Origin: Candidatus Shapirobacteria bacterium
GTDB lineage: Bacteria > Patescibacteriota > Microgenomatia > UBA12405
Direction: 5' to 3'
Length of the DNA stretch: 64,000 nucleotides
Assembly (NCBI GenBank): GCA_041659325.1
Contig: JBAZYN010000004.1
Span: forward strand, 583 to 64,582
Below, piece after piece: positions 29,167-39,194 of the stretch (positions are counted from its first letter, which is position 1; the number at the start of each line of letters is the position of its first letter). Under the pieces are notes generated by a model, which ran no database searches, was not told where the DNA came from, and saw only the letters and a list, made by a program, of their open reading frames with translations. Position numbers and translations under genes: made by a program.

Positions 29167-29303
29167 GCATTGTCAGGAGAATCTCCTTTCCGTTCATGCG
29201 GAGTAGGGGTCGGCAACCGAGTCCTCGACATAAGTCGGAATCGCGGTGCCATTGAACTCCGGTATCACCGGAACTCAGACATGCCTCTTATTAATTAAGG
29301 AGG
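29167..29303 (+). ncRNA. SAM-clan riboswitch variant with SD-sequestering expression platform
   Basis: P1 GCAU(U)GUC/GACAUGC; J1/2 AGGAG; P3 core GGCAACCG...CGGUGCC; L2 GUUCA pairs with J3/4 UGAAC; P4 UCCGGU-AUC-ACCGGA; CCUCUUA/UAAGGAGG hairpin over the SD; lies upstream of metK. Confidence 0.85.
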
Positions 29304-29307
29304 AAAA

Positions 29308-30420
29308 ATGAACTATTCTCTATTTACGTCCGAATCTGTTTGCGCCGGTCACCCCGATAAAGTTTGCGACCAAATTTCCGATGCTGTTGTCGATGCCGCC
29401 ATTAAACTTTACCCCAAATCCCGGGTTGCCTGCGAATCCCTGGTTACCGGCGGCAAAATTGTTTTGGCCGGTGAAGTTACCTGTCCGCTGCCCATAAATT
29501 TTGAAGAAATCGCCAGGAATAAAGTTAAAGAATTGGGCTATATAAAAAAAGAATTGGGATTTAATTACAAAGCGGATGTCGAAGTTTATATTCACCGCCA
29601 GTCTCCCGATATCGCCCTGGGTGTTGATGACGGTGGGGCAGGGGATCAGGGGATGATGTTTGGTTATGCCTGTGACGAAACTAAAAATTTAATGCCTCTA
29701 CCAATTACCTTAGCCCACGAATTATGCCGGCAAATGGATGAGTTACACTCCAAATATTCCTGGCTCCGTCCCGATGGTAAATCCGAAGTTGCCGTCAATT
29801 ATGAAAAAGGCCGTCCCGTTTCTGTGGAAAAAATTGTTTTGGCCAAACCCATAAATTACAAGGAAATTGGGAGCGATGAAGCAAAAGATATTTTGTATGA
29901 GCAGGCAATCAAACCGATCATGGATAAATACAAAATGAATTTAATTATAAAAGACCAGGTCATCTTTAATGGTACTGGGAAATGGGAAATTGGTGGTCCG
30001 GCTTCTGATACCGGTGTAACCGGCCGGAAAATTGTTGTCGATACTTACGGTGGCATGGCCAGAATCGGTGGCGGCTGTTTTTCGGGTAAAGATACCACCA
30101 AAGTAGACAGGAGCGCCGCCTATGCCGCCCGATTGATTGCCAAAAATATTGTTGCCGCCGGTTTAGCCCGCCGCTGCGAGGTTCAACTTGCTTATGCTAT
30201 CGGGGTAAGGGATCCCATCGCCAAAGCCGTCGAGACTTTTGGCACGGCAACAAAAGACCAAAAAGTTATCAGTGATTTTGCCTGGGAATTACTGGATCTT
30301 TCTGTAGAAGGCATTAACACTGGTTTGAACCTCCGCCAACCGATATATCAAAAAACCGCTGCCTACGGCCATTTCGGTAATCCGCTTTATCCTTGGGAAA
30401 AATTGTCGATTTCTTCCTGA
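29308..30420 (+). CDS. metK: S-adenosylmethionine synthetase
   Basis: FTSESV..GHPDKVCDQISD, GAGDQG, RPDGK, DTGVTGRKIVVDTYGG and GKD.TKVDRS. Confidence 0.98.
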   Translation: MNYSLFTSESVCAGHPDKVCDQISDAVVDAAIKLYPKSRVACESLVTGGKIVLAGEVTCPLPINFEEIARNKVKELGYIKKELGFNYKADVEVYIHRQSPDIALGVDDGGAGDQGMMFGYACDETKNLMPLPITLAHELCRQMDELHSKYSWLRPDGKSEVAVNYEKGRPVSVEKIVLAKPINYKEIGSDEAKDILYEQAIKPIMDKYKMNLIIKDQVIFNGTGKWEIGGPASDTGVTGRKIVVDTYGGMARIGGGCFSGKDTTKVDRSAAYAARLIAKNIVAAGLARRCEVQLAYAIGVRDPIAKAVETFGTATKDQKVISDFAWELLDLSVEGINTGLNLRQPIYQKTAAYGHFGNPLYPWEKLSISS

Positions 30421-32093
30421 GTTATCTTCCTGAAAATCGGAGTAGGTAATTCGGGGTGAACAAATATTCCAAACAATGAATTAATGTGGTCAAGTTCATT
30501 CTTTTCTTCTGGCCACACATGAAAATTTTCTATACCCAGATTTTTAGCCAGCTCGTCAGAAGCTTCGGGCATCAAAGGATATATTAAATATCCCAGCGCC
30601 AATATTATTGCATAATAGTTTTTTAGTGATTTTAAATATGCCTCTGTGTTTTGATTCTTCAATATCCATAATTTTTCCTGCCCCAAAACTCTGTTACCGA
30701 AATCCGATAAATCACAAATTGCATCCAGGTAATCCCTAAATTGGCAATTTTCCAAATACTTTCTTGACCGCTCAAACGCCTTATTAATTTCTGATCTTGT
30801 TTCCTCAGACACTGCTAAATCGTTTGTCTGTGAAGTATCGGTATCTTTTGAAATGGACAAAACCCGGTGGATAAAATTTCCCAAATTTGCCACCAGTACT
30901 CCATTATTTTTTTCCAAAAAGTCAGGCCACTTAAAGCTGGAATCTTTGGTTTCGGGCATTATTAAGGTCAGATAAAATCGAAGCGCATTGTTTCCAAAGC
31001 TAGAAACCATTTCATCAATACCAAGCGACATTCCCCGGCTTTTAGAAAACTTCTTTCCGTCGTAGTCCAAAAACATATTGATACTTGTCAAATCAGGCAG
31101 ATGTAGCTCTTTATCTTTTACTATTAGCTGTCCCGGCCAAAATAATGTATGAAATATCAGATTATCCTTCCCCATAAAGTAATAGTGTTTTGACTCTTTG
31201 TTATACCAGTATTCTTTCCAATCCTTTCCTGTTTTTTCAGCCCACAAAAGCGATGCCGAATAATATCCGATCACCGCATCAAACCACACATATATCCGCT
31301 TGTTTTTGGCGCCATCAATCCGCATCTCTGGCGGAATTTCATCTGTAGGGATCTCCACCCCCCAGTCGATATCCCGGGTAATTGCCCGCGGTATTAGCCC
31401 CTGCTTTAGCCATCCTATACTTTCCGAGAAAACCCACTGCTTCCACTTAGGTCCGGTTTTTTCTACATAATTTTTTATCTCCGGTTCCAATTTTGCCCAA
31501 TCAATAAAGTAATGTTTTGTCTCTCTAAAAACTACCGCTGACCCCGTCATTTTACTGTGCGGGTTTTCCAATTCATCCTGACTTAACAATTTTCCACAAT
31601 TATCACACTGATCACTTCTGGCATCCGTAAACCCGCAGTTTTTACAGGTCCCAATAACATATCTATCCGGCAAAAAACGCTTTTCCTGCTCTGAATAATA
31701 CTGTTTTGTTGTCTCCACAAACAAATAGCCCTTTTTCAAAAACTCCAAAAAAAATTCCTGAGTAATTTTTGCGTGATGATCTGTGTCGGTTCTGGTATAT
31801 AGATCATACGTCAGTTTTAAAACGTCATTAAACAAATGCACATTTTTTTTATGATAAATATCCGCCACTTCTTTTGGCGTAATTCCTTTTTGATCGGCCT
31901 CTATTGTTATTGGTGTCCCGTAACAATCCGATCCTGATACCATCAGCACATCGTTGCCAATTGCTCTCTGATATCGGGAGGTAATGTCTGCCGGCAGCAA
32001 ATATCCCGCCAGATGGCCGATATGAAGATCGCCATTTACATAAGGCCACGCTACCCCAATTAGAATTTTTCTTTTACCTTTTTTTTGTTCCAT
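30387..32093 (-). CDS. metG: Methionyl-tRNA synthetase
   Basis: WPYVNGDLHIGH, CKNC...CDNC zinc knuckle, YVWFDA, GKDN and KFSKS. Confidence 0.97.
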   Translation of the reverse strand: MEQKKGKRKILIGVAWPYVNGDLHIGHLAGYLLPADITSRYQRAIGNDVLMVSGSDCYGTPITIEADQKGITPKEVADIYHKKNVHLFNDVLKLTYDLYTRTDTDHHAKITQEFFLEFLKKGYLFVETTKQYYSEQEKRFLPDRYVIGTCKNCGFTDARSDQCDNCGKLLSQDELENPHSKMTGSAVVFRETKHYFIDWAKLEPEIKNYVEKTGPKWKQWVFSESIGWLKQGLIPRAITRDIDWGVEIPTDEIPPEMRIDGAKNKRIYVWFDAVIGYYSASLLWAEKTGKDWKEYWYNKESKHYYFMGKDNLIFHTLFWPGQLIVKDKELHLPDLTSINMFLDYDGKKFSKSRGMSLGIDEMVSSFGNNALRFYLTLIMPETKDSSFKWPDFLEKNNGVLVANLGNFIHRVLSISKDTDTSQTNDLAVSEETRSEINKAFERSRKYLENCQFRDYLDAICDLSDFGNRVLGQEKLWILKNQNTEAYLKSLKNYYAIILALGYLIYPLMPEASDELAKNLGIENFHVWPEEKNELDHINSLFGIFVHPELPTPIFRKITQEEIDNFSQG

Positions 32094-32228
32094 TTAATTT
32101 AACTATCCCAATAATTTACATCAAATTATAGCAAACTTGCGGCTATCCATAAGCCTTAGCCCAGACTTTGCCACAAGGAGCTTCTTGCTGTCCATCACTT
32201 AATCTTGTTTTGCCTTATAATAGGACAC

Positions 32229-33686
32229 ATGATTAGAGTAGAAAATTTATCATTTACCTGGACTGACAAGCCCATTTTTAGTGGCGTAAATTTTTCCGTC
32301 AGCAATGGGGAAAAAATTGGGCTAGTCGGTGTAAATGGATCCGGAAAAACTACCTTATTCAAAATATTAGCCGGACAGGAACAGGCCGACGATGGTCGTG
32401 TCACCATCGATGGAAAAATTACTTTTGTTCCCCAGGAAGTCAAATCCGATCCGATTTTAGATAACGCCAAAAACGTTTTTGATTATTTAAATGTCTCCAA
32501 TTGTCCCGATTATGAGGTCAAGAGAGTTTTAGCCGGGTTGGGTCTGACAAACCTGGATACCGGTGTCCCTCCCCGGGTTTTAAGTGGTGGTCAAAAAACC
32601 AGGCTAGCATTAGCCAGAGCCATTTTGGGCAGGGGAAAAATTTTACTTCTTGATGAACCGACAAATTTTTTGGACGAAGAAGGCAAAAAGTGGGTGATCA
32701 ATTTTATAACCCGCTTCGACGGGACAGTGCTTCTGATTTCTCATGACCTGGAATTTATCGGTGGGAAATTGGACAAAATTTTTTACATCAGTCCCCAAAC
32801 CAAAGGTATAGATATTTATAGCGGTAATTATCAAAGTTTTATAAAGCTAAAAACCGAAAAAGAAGCCCTGTTGAAAAGACAAATCGAGACCGAACAAAAA
32901 CATTTAACCCAAATGAAAAAAGGATTATTAAAGATCGCCCATTTTAAGTCAAAAAAAGGTGTCAAGGCCAGAATGAATCTTCAAAGAAGGGTGGAAAAGA
33001 TGGAAGATAATATGCCCATCATGCCTCCCGAAGCCAAAAAAATCAAACTTATCCTACCGGAGCCGATGTGGGTGGGCCAAATGCCTCTTTTCACCAAAAA
33101 CATCAGCAAATCCTTTGGCCCCAAAAAAGTTTTATCCAAAATTAATTTGTCCATTAAAAGAGGTTACAAGACCGCCCTTTTAGGTCCAAATGGGGCCGGT
33201 AAATCAACTTTGATCAAAATTTTGCTAGGGCAGCTAATTCCCGACGAAGGGGAAGTCGTCCGCGATCCAAAATTAAAATGGGGTTATTATTGTCAAGAAT
33301 TATCCGACCTTATTCCGGAGTTAACTTTATTCGAAACCATCAAAAAACTAGAAGGTGGTCTCCTGGAGGGTCAAATCCGCGCTCTTTTGGGCCGCATGCT
33401 CTTTGTCAACGACAAAGTGTTTCAGAAAGTTGCATCGTTGTCCGGGGGAGAAAAAACCAGATTATCTATTGCCCGCCTACTTGCCCAAAATTTCAACTTT
33501 TTGGTTTTGGACGAACCCACCACCTATTTGGACCCTCTGTCGCAAAGATTGATATTGGAGTCTCTCAAAGACTACCGCGGTGCTATGTTGATTGTTTCGC
33601 ACAATCAGGCATTTATCGACGAATTATCAGTCGATCAAAAACTTTATTTGCCTGAAAACCGTATTGAAGAAAAACTAAGTATTTAG
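32229..33686 (+). CDS. ABC-F family ATP-binding protein
   Basis: Two ABC domains (GVNGSGKT/LSGGQ/LDEPTN and GPNGAGKS/LSGGE/LDEPTT); no TM. Confidence 0.93.
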   Translation: MIRVENLSFTWTDKPIFSGVNFSVSNGEKIGLVGVNGSGKTTLFKILAGQEQADDGRVTIDGKITFVPQEVKSDPILDNAKNVFDYLNVSNCPDYEVKRVLAGLGLTNLDTGVPPRVLSGGQKTRLALARAILGRGKILLLDEPTNFLDEEGKKWVINFITRFDGTVLLISHDLEFIGGKLDKIFYISPQTKGIDIYSGNYQSFIKLKTEKEALLKRQIETEQKHLTQMKKGLLKIAHFKSKKGVKARMNLQRRVEKMEDNMPIMPPEAKKIKLILPEPMWVGQMPLFTKNISKSFGPKKVLSKINLSIKRGYKTALLGPNGAGKSTLIKILLGQLIPDEGEVVRDPKLKWGYYCQELSDLIPELTLFETIKKLEGGLLEGQIRALLGRMLFVNDKVFQKVASLSGGEKTRLSIARLLAQNFNFLVLDEPTTYLDPLSQRLILESLKDYRGAMLIVSHNQAFIDELSVDQKLYLPENRIEEKLSI

Positions 33687-33693
33687 TCAGTCC

Positions 33694-34170
33694 CTATTCT
33701 TTTATCTCTTCAGTCGCTGCTATTTCTTCGGCCAACTTTATTACTTTTTTAGCTCTTTTTACAGGTTTTACTACTTCAATCTCCCTAGTTTCTTTTTGCC
33801 CGGATTTAGCTTTAGTGGAGTTCAACAAATCCAAAATCTTTCCCAGTTTCGAATTAATTGAAACCAACAGGTCATTGGTTTGGTTTTGACTTTGACCGGA
33901 GTCACTTTTTCTTCCTCCGTCAAATGGCTGTCTGTCAAAGCTTGGTCTTCTCTGCTCAAACCCTCTTTGATTTTTCTCGAAACAATTTGAACAATATATC
34001 GGTTTACTGCCATCCGGTTCAAATGGTACCTGACAATCCCGTCCGCACTCATCGCATACCGCCGGGTACATTCTTCTATCTTGACTCTGTCCTCCTCGGC
34101 CGCCAAAATCTCTTTTGGGTCCAAAACTTCTCCGGTTATCTTGTCTGTCGTCTCTATTGAAATATGTCAT
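33694..34170 (-). CDS. CxxC-x17-CxxC domain protein
   Basis: MYPAVCDECGRDCQVPFEP...PIYCSNCF with R/G-rich flanks. Confidence 0.88.
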   Translation of the reverse strand: MTYFNRDDRQDNRRSFGPKRDFGGRGGQSQDRRMYPAVCDECGRDCQVPFEPDGSKPIYCSNCFEKNQRGFEQRRPSFDRQPFDGGRKSDSGQSQNQTNDLLVSINSKLGKILDLLNSTKAKSGQKETREIEVVKPVKRAKKVIKLAEEIAATEEIKE

Positions 34171-34254
34171 AGAAAGATTCTACCACAAGATAAGCGGAAA
34201 TAACTAACCTGCAAAGATGATAAAAATTGGTATCGGATAGGCTATTATTAATAT

Positions 34255-37032
34255 GTGGTGAAAAAGATCATCTTTTTTCTATTCCTGTGGCTTGGGTCAA
34301 CTTCTGATTTACAGGCCGCCGACCTCCAAAGCACCTATCTTCGTCTGGACAGAAACAAAACCGGTCTTAGCCCCGGAAAAGTCTTGGTAGTCACCAAAAC
34401 AACTTCATCGGCTACCGAAGATGGTGTCAGAATTACCGTCGGCACCGGTTGGACTATTAACACTAATGCTTCTGCTTTTTCAGTTTCTACCATAAATTTA
34501 CCCGAAGGAGTTTCTGCCTGGCCGGGGATAGACACTGCTGTCGCGGTCAACGGCCAAGCAATCACTTTTCCCGGTGTCGACCTGGCTCCGGGCGAATTTT
34601 ATGGCTTCTATATTACCGGTGGAATAGGCGTAAACGGCCAGGTTAGCAGCAGCAACTATGTTTGGGAGGTTGCCACTTTAAGCGGTGGATTAGCCGACGG
34701 TACCATAGAGGTTGGGGTGCCGGTTGTGGCCGCTGATTCAATCACGGTAACTGGAACTGTTCCCGCCAATCCCTCAGATTATCCGGTCAGTATTTCCTCG
34801 GACCTTACCGGAAACGCGTCACAAAACCAGACACTCAACTATCAGATAGATTATGGTTCTTTATCTGCCGCCATTACCAAACCTCTGACCATAAAAGCCG
34901 AGTGGAGTCGTGGTACTCTGGAGAACTTTCCTATCCCGACTCTGGATATACTTGATTATGTAATCGGTAGCGGTACCAGTGCTTACAATGGGGTAGAGCC
35001 GGTAATAGATCTGATTGACCGGACAATTACCTGGACAATTCCCGATTTCCCGACAAACACTTTAGGTCAGACTGTTAGTTTCAGTCTGCAGACAAACGAT
35101 CAATATACCGGTTCCAGCCTAGTTAATTTCGATGTCAGTGTCACCGTCACTGCCGGTAACATCACGGTTGCTACCGACACAATAAACCAATATTATCAAT
35201 ACAATCCGCCATATTTATCACCAACTCCGACCCCGACCTCAATCCCCACTCCCACTTCTGTTTCCACTCCGGCTCCGACCTCTACCTCCACTCCCGCAAT
35301 TACTCTCGCTCCCGGTATTCCCACGGCCACGTCCGCCCCTGCAGCAACCTCGACTCCGGTTCAAGGCCCGACTCCCACCCCAAAACCTTTTAGGGAAAAG
35401 CTCAAAATAGAGAAAGTAGAAATAATAAATTTGTCCTCAAACGAGGCTGGAATCAGGGTAGCTACCAATATCCCTCTTGATAAATTAATTTTGACATATG
35501 GTTTAACTCCGAAAAAAATTACTCAAAAAATTATATTTTTAAAGCCGGATAATTTCGAAATATTTTTACTAACCAACCTTAATCCCCAAAACCTATATTA
35601 TTTTCGTTTGGAAGCACAAGCCGATACCGATAGATTGTTTTCGGATATTTTTACTTTCAAAACTCCCGCCGTTTCTGATCTTCCCGAAGTTGTAAAATCC
35701 ACTCTACTAGCGAATAGTGACGGTAAGGTTTTATATGACGCCGCCAGAATAGACAAAGAAATCAATGATTATTTGGTAATTATTCCCAAAGCGGTTGAAT
35801 ATTCTATTCAATTCCAGGTCGATAAACACGATTTGGTAAAGCAGGCTACCCTGATATTAAAAAGCCGCCAGGTTTTGGGGATTAGTAGCGCCTATGGAGC
35901 GGAACCCGCCAGTAGTTTAACTGATTTAATCGAAATTAGACCCGGTTGGTTCATGGGAAGACTTTTAAGTCCTTCAGAAGTAAGCTTCTATGAAATGTCC
36001 GTCAGACTGTCGGGTATCAACGGCACCATAATAGAAAACAAGTTGGCCGACATGGAAATAATCGAGCCGATGCGAATTTTGGAGTTGGAATCCCTTGCTC
36101 CCATTGAATCCGCCAAAGTCGAAATTAGTTTGTATAATTCAAAAGAAAAAAGGTTTTTAATAATCCCCCCAAACACTCTGTTGTCAGAAAATCCCGTATT
36201 TTCAGAAACAGACGGTGAAGTGGCTTTGGTTCTGCCAAGGGGTAAATATCGGGCCAAAGTCACTGCTTTGGGTTATTCAGAAAAACAAACCGAGTTTGAA
36301 ATTAGCGCTGGTGGCGATTTAAAGCTACCGTCAATTTATCTAGAAAAAGACAAATTTAATTTATTGGTAGTTGGCAGATATTACTCTGGTACTTTCACAG
36401 ATGTTTGGCAATATTGTAAAAACAACCTGAAATATCTATTTTCCTCCGGAAGATTTTTCAATCTAGTCGCCCTGATAAACTTGATTCTGCTGGTTATTAA
36501 TACCACTATATTTTATAGAAATAGCCTAAAAACTAACATTTTCGGAGGCAAAAACCGCGACGACTATATAGATGGAAAAATAAATGTCTCTGGAGCCGAT
36601 ATCATTCTGATTGATGCTGAAGCCAGTAGGATCCTGGCCAAAACCAAAAGCAATTGGTTGGGGCGCTTCCGTTTCAAGCTCAAACCGGCCAAAAGATATA
36701 AGTTGTCTGCCTCCAAAAGCGGATACGAGACTTCCCCGTTCTTTGAATATGTTGGCGATGAGGGAATTTTAGCAGGCGATATTAAAATCAATCTGAAAAG
36801 ATCAGAAGACAAACAAAAACTCAAATATATCCTCAACGAGTGGTTCTACTGGGAAATTTCAGATTTATCTACGGGGGTTTTAAACATTTCAGTCTTGTTG
36901 GTCGAAATACTTTTTATTAATAAATTCGGTTGGTCGGCAACCGCTATATGGATATTAATTGGTATATTAAATTTAATCTTGTGGTTAGTTTATACTTACA
37001 GAAATGGCAATAAAGTGGTGGCAAAACCTTAA
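34255..37032 (+). CDS. Surface protein: subunit-like N-domain, Ig, Pro/Thr linker, FN3-like, carboxypeptidase-regulatory-like domains, C-terminal TMs
   Basis: Signal peptide; N-domain homologous to the 38138 protein; LTNLNPQNLYYFRL (FN3-like); C-terminal hydrophobic helices. Confidence 0.75.
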   Translation: MVKKIIFFLFLWLGSTSDLQAADLQSTYLRLDRNKTGLSPGKVLVVTKTTSSATEDGVRITVGTGWTINTNASAFSVSTINLPEGVSAWPGIDTAVAVNGQAITFPGVDLAPGEFYGFYITGGIGVNGQVSSSNYVWEVATLSGGLADGTIEVGVPVVAADSITVTGTVPANPSDYPVSISSDLTGNASQNQTLNYQIDYGSLSAAITKPLTIKAEWSRGTLENFPIPTLDILDYVIGSGTSAYNGVEPVIDLIDRTITWTIPDFPTNTLGQTVSFSLQTNDQYTGSSLVNFDVSVTVTAGNITVATDTINQYYQYNPPYLSPTPTPTSIPTPTSVSTPAPTSTSTPAITLAPGIPTATSAPAATSTPVQGPTPTPKPFREKLKIEKVEIINLSSNEAGIRVATNIPLDKLILTYGLTPKKITQKIIFLKPDNFEIFLLTNLNPQNLYYFRLEAQADTDRLFSDIFTFKTPAVSDLPEVVKSTLLANSDGKVLYDAARIDKEINDYLVIIPKAVEYSIQFQVDKHDLVKQATLILKSRQVLGISSAYGAEPASSLTDLIEIRPGWFMGRLLSPSEVSFYEMSVRLSGINGTIIENKLADMEIIEPMRILELESLAPIESAKVEISLYNSKEKRFLIIPPNTLLSENPVFSETDGEVALVLPRGKYRAKVTALGYSEKQTEFEISAGGDLKLPSIYLEKDKFNLLVVGRYYSGTFTDVWQYCKNNLKYLFSSGRFFNLVALINLILLVINTTIFYRNSLKTNIFGGKNRDDYIDGKINVSGADIILIDAEASRILAKTKSNWLGRFRFKLKPAKRYKLSASKSGYETSPFFEYVGDEGILAGDIKINLKRSEDKQKLKYILNEWFYWEISDLSTGVLNISVLLVEILFINKFGWSATAIWILIGILNLILWLVYTYRNGNKVVAKP

Positions 37033-38071
37033 ATTAAAGTGGCTAATATTTTCCTTTCTTATTCTGCCCGCCAGTACCAATTACAAACTGGAGGGTTTTA
37101 GTCTTGGAAACGCCGGGGGAGAAGTAATAGGTTCATCAAGTTATGAAATGGTCGGAAGTGTGGGTGAACTTTCAAGTAACAGCTTGTCGGGGGAAAGTTA
37201 TGATTTGGGGGTGGGGCTGGCCTGGGTTCGGCAATCAAACGTCCCTCCTGCCCCGGCAATCACCAATCCCGATAATTATTACAACAAGCTTCATCTGGTA
37301 ATAAACCGGGGTGATAACCCTGCCGATACAAAATATGCAATCGCTATCAGTAGCGATGACTTTACCACTACCCAATATGTTAAAAACGATCACACAATCG
37401 GAGCCACTTTGGTTTTAACGGATTATCAGACATATACGGAATGGGGTGCCGCAACCGGTATCGATATTATTGGATTAACCCCCTCAACCACCTATTCAGT
37501 AAAAGTAAAAGCTATGCAGGGCAAGTTTACTGAAACTGATTTTGGGCCGTTGGCATCTGTGGCAACCGTAGACCTCGAGCTTACTTTCGATATTGACGTC
37601 TCGGCATCCGACACTGAAACGGCCTCACCCTACATCATTTCTTTGGGGGATTTAACCCCGGGAAGTGTTAAAAGTAGTACCGAAAAAATTTGGGTTGATA
37701 TAGGGACAAATGCTACAAATGGAGCAAGTGTTTTTGTTTATGGTCAAAATGGTGGGCTGTACAGTTTGTCAGCCGGGTCAACTATTGCCGCCATTAGCGG
37801 AAATTTGTCGGAACTTCCCAAAGGCTTTGGCTCCCAAGGGGTAGGGGCCACTCAAAATAGCGGCGGACCGATAAATATTTCCTCTCCTTACAATGTAAAC
37901 AATGATGTGGTTGGAATTACCGATACAACTATACGACCGATTTTTTTATCTGAAAACCCGGTTAATGCGGGAAGGGCTAGATTTTTGGTTAAGGCCAAAG
38001 TGGATATAACTACCCCGGCCGCCGATGACTACAGCGAAACTTTAACTGTAATCGCCGCGGCAAATTACTAG
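37004..38071 (+). CDS. Secreted WxL/archaic-pilin-like minor subunit with FN3-like domain
   Basis: GLTPSTTYSVKVKA; C-terminal domain LTFDI...IGTNATNGASVFV...AADDYSETLTVIAAANY. Confidence 0.6.
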   Translation: MAIKWWQNLKLKWLIFSFLILPASTNYKLEGFSLGNAGGEVIGSSSYEMVGSVGELSSNSLSGESYDLGVGLAWVRQSNVPPAPAITNPDNYYNKLHLVINRGDNPADTKYAIAISSDDFTTTQYVKNDHTIGATLVLTDYQTYTEWGAATGIDIIGLTPSTTYSVKVKAMQGKFTETDFGPLASVATVDLELTFDIDVSASDTETASPYIISLGDLTPGSVKSSTEKIWVDIGTNATNGASVFVYGQNGGLYSLSAGSTIAAISGNLSELPKGFGSQGVGATQNSGGPINISSPYNVNNDVVGITDTTIRPIFLSENPVNAGRARFLVKAKVDITTPAADDYSETLTVIAAANY

Positions 38072-38081
38072 CAACTATCGC

Positions 38082-38110
38082 TTGACAAGATAGTCTAAAT
38101 AGCTCATATT
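38082..38110 (+). promoter_or_regulatory. Internal promoter for the 38138 gene
   Basis: TTGACA (38082-87), 17 bp, CATATT (38105-10); the -35 is flanked by the inverted repeat ACTATC...GATAGT. Confidence 0.5.
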
Positions 38111-38137
38111 TATACTTAGAAACGAGTTTATCAAACA

Positions 38138-39157
38138 ATGAAAAAAATAAAAGGCATTTTTTCTAGATGGAGTATCAGCTTAATTACCGCGATAACAATC
38201 TTCCTTGCTTTCGCCGCCACCGAGGTTAACGCAGCAAGTTTTTCCCACGCCTCCCTTCGCTACGACCGGATTAAAGCCGAGACCCTTTCCAGCCTTCAGG
38301 TGGTAATTGTTCCCGCGACAGTTGCAACCGAAGACAGAGTGGTCATAACCTTTGGCTCTGCCACCGTCGGTACCACCAACGCCACTTCGGTCACCAATAT
38401 ACCTACTGGCTCTGTAGCTCTTCCCGGCACTCTTTCTGCCGTAAGTGCCGGTACCACTATCGTTATTACTGGCGTTACCGATCTCACAGTCGGTACCACC
38501 TATGCTTTTAACCTGACAATCGGTGTCTCCACCCCGGCCGCAGGAACTGCAAACGATATTATTTCTACCCGAAGTGATGCTACTACCGTAATAGATCAAA
38601 CCACTGTCGCTTCAAGATATATCACCAACGATCAGATAGTTATCAACGCCGTCGTTCCCCCCTCTTTTAATTTTGTCTTAAGTGCCGGCAACACCGATAC
38701 TTTTACTGCTAATTTAAGTGGCACCACAGAAGTATCTACTTATGGTAATACGGTAACGGTTACAACAAATGCTCCAAGGGGATGGATCGCCTGGGTAAAA
38801 AGCGCCAATCAGGGTTTAGTTTCCCTGTCCACCGGTATCACTATTGCCACTACTGGAACCGTAAATGGTAGCCCCGACACGCTGACTGCCGGTGCTAATG
38901 GCTATGTCCTGGACGCCGATTTAACTAGCGATAATGGTACGGGTACAGGCACCGTAACTATCGCTCCCGAATACAACGGCGCTTCCGCCAAGGCCGGAGG
39001 AACTTTATCCGCTATTTTTCAGCCCTTTGCTTCATGTAACGGAACCACCGCCGGTGACGTTATCACCCTGATAGAAAGAGCCACGGTAACCACTATTTTA
39101 GCCGCTGCTTCGGATTATTCTGATACTCTAACGGTTGTTGGTGCGGGGACTTTTTAG
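38138..39157 (+). CDS. Secreted two-domain WxL/archaic-pilin-like putative major subunit
   Basis: Signal peptide; Thr/Ala/Gly-rich beta protein; DQIVINAVVPPSFNF...VTTNAPRGW...AASDYSDTLTVVGAGTF. Confidence 0.62.
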   Translation: MKKIKGIFSRWSISLITAITIFLAFAATEVNAASFSHASLRYDRIKAETLSSLQVVIVPATVATEDRVVITFGSATVGTTNATSVTNIPTGSVALPGTLSAVSAGTTIVITGVTDLTVGTTYAFNLTIGVSTPAAGTANDIISTRSDATTVIDQTTVASRYITNDQIVINAVVPPSFNFVLSAGNTDTFTANLSGTTEVSTYGNTVTVTTNAPRGWIAWVKSANQGLVSLSTGITIATTGTVNGSPDTLTAGANGYVLDADLTSDNGTGTGTVTIAPEYNGASAKAGGTLSAIFQPFASCNGTTAGDVITLIERATVTTILAAASDYSDTLTVVGAGTF

Positions 39158-39194
39158 ATAAATCTCCGGGGATTAATATATAATCTTGGTATCA

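Noticed and set aside
30387-30420. 34-bp 3' overlap of metK and metG as a regulatory device
   Set aside because: Short convergent overlaps are common in this compact window (also 23909-23916 and 56385-56405).
32130-32200. Possible T-box for metG or attenuator peptide for ABC-F
   Set aside because: No T-box motif is present, and both genes' -10 boxes (32124-29 minus, 32216-21 plus) exclude this stretch from either leader.
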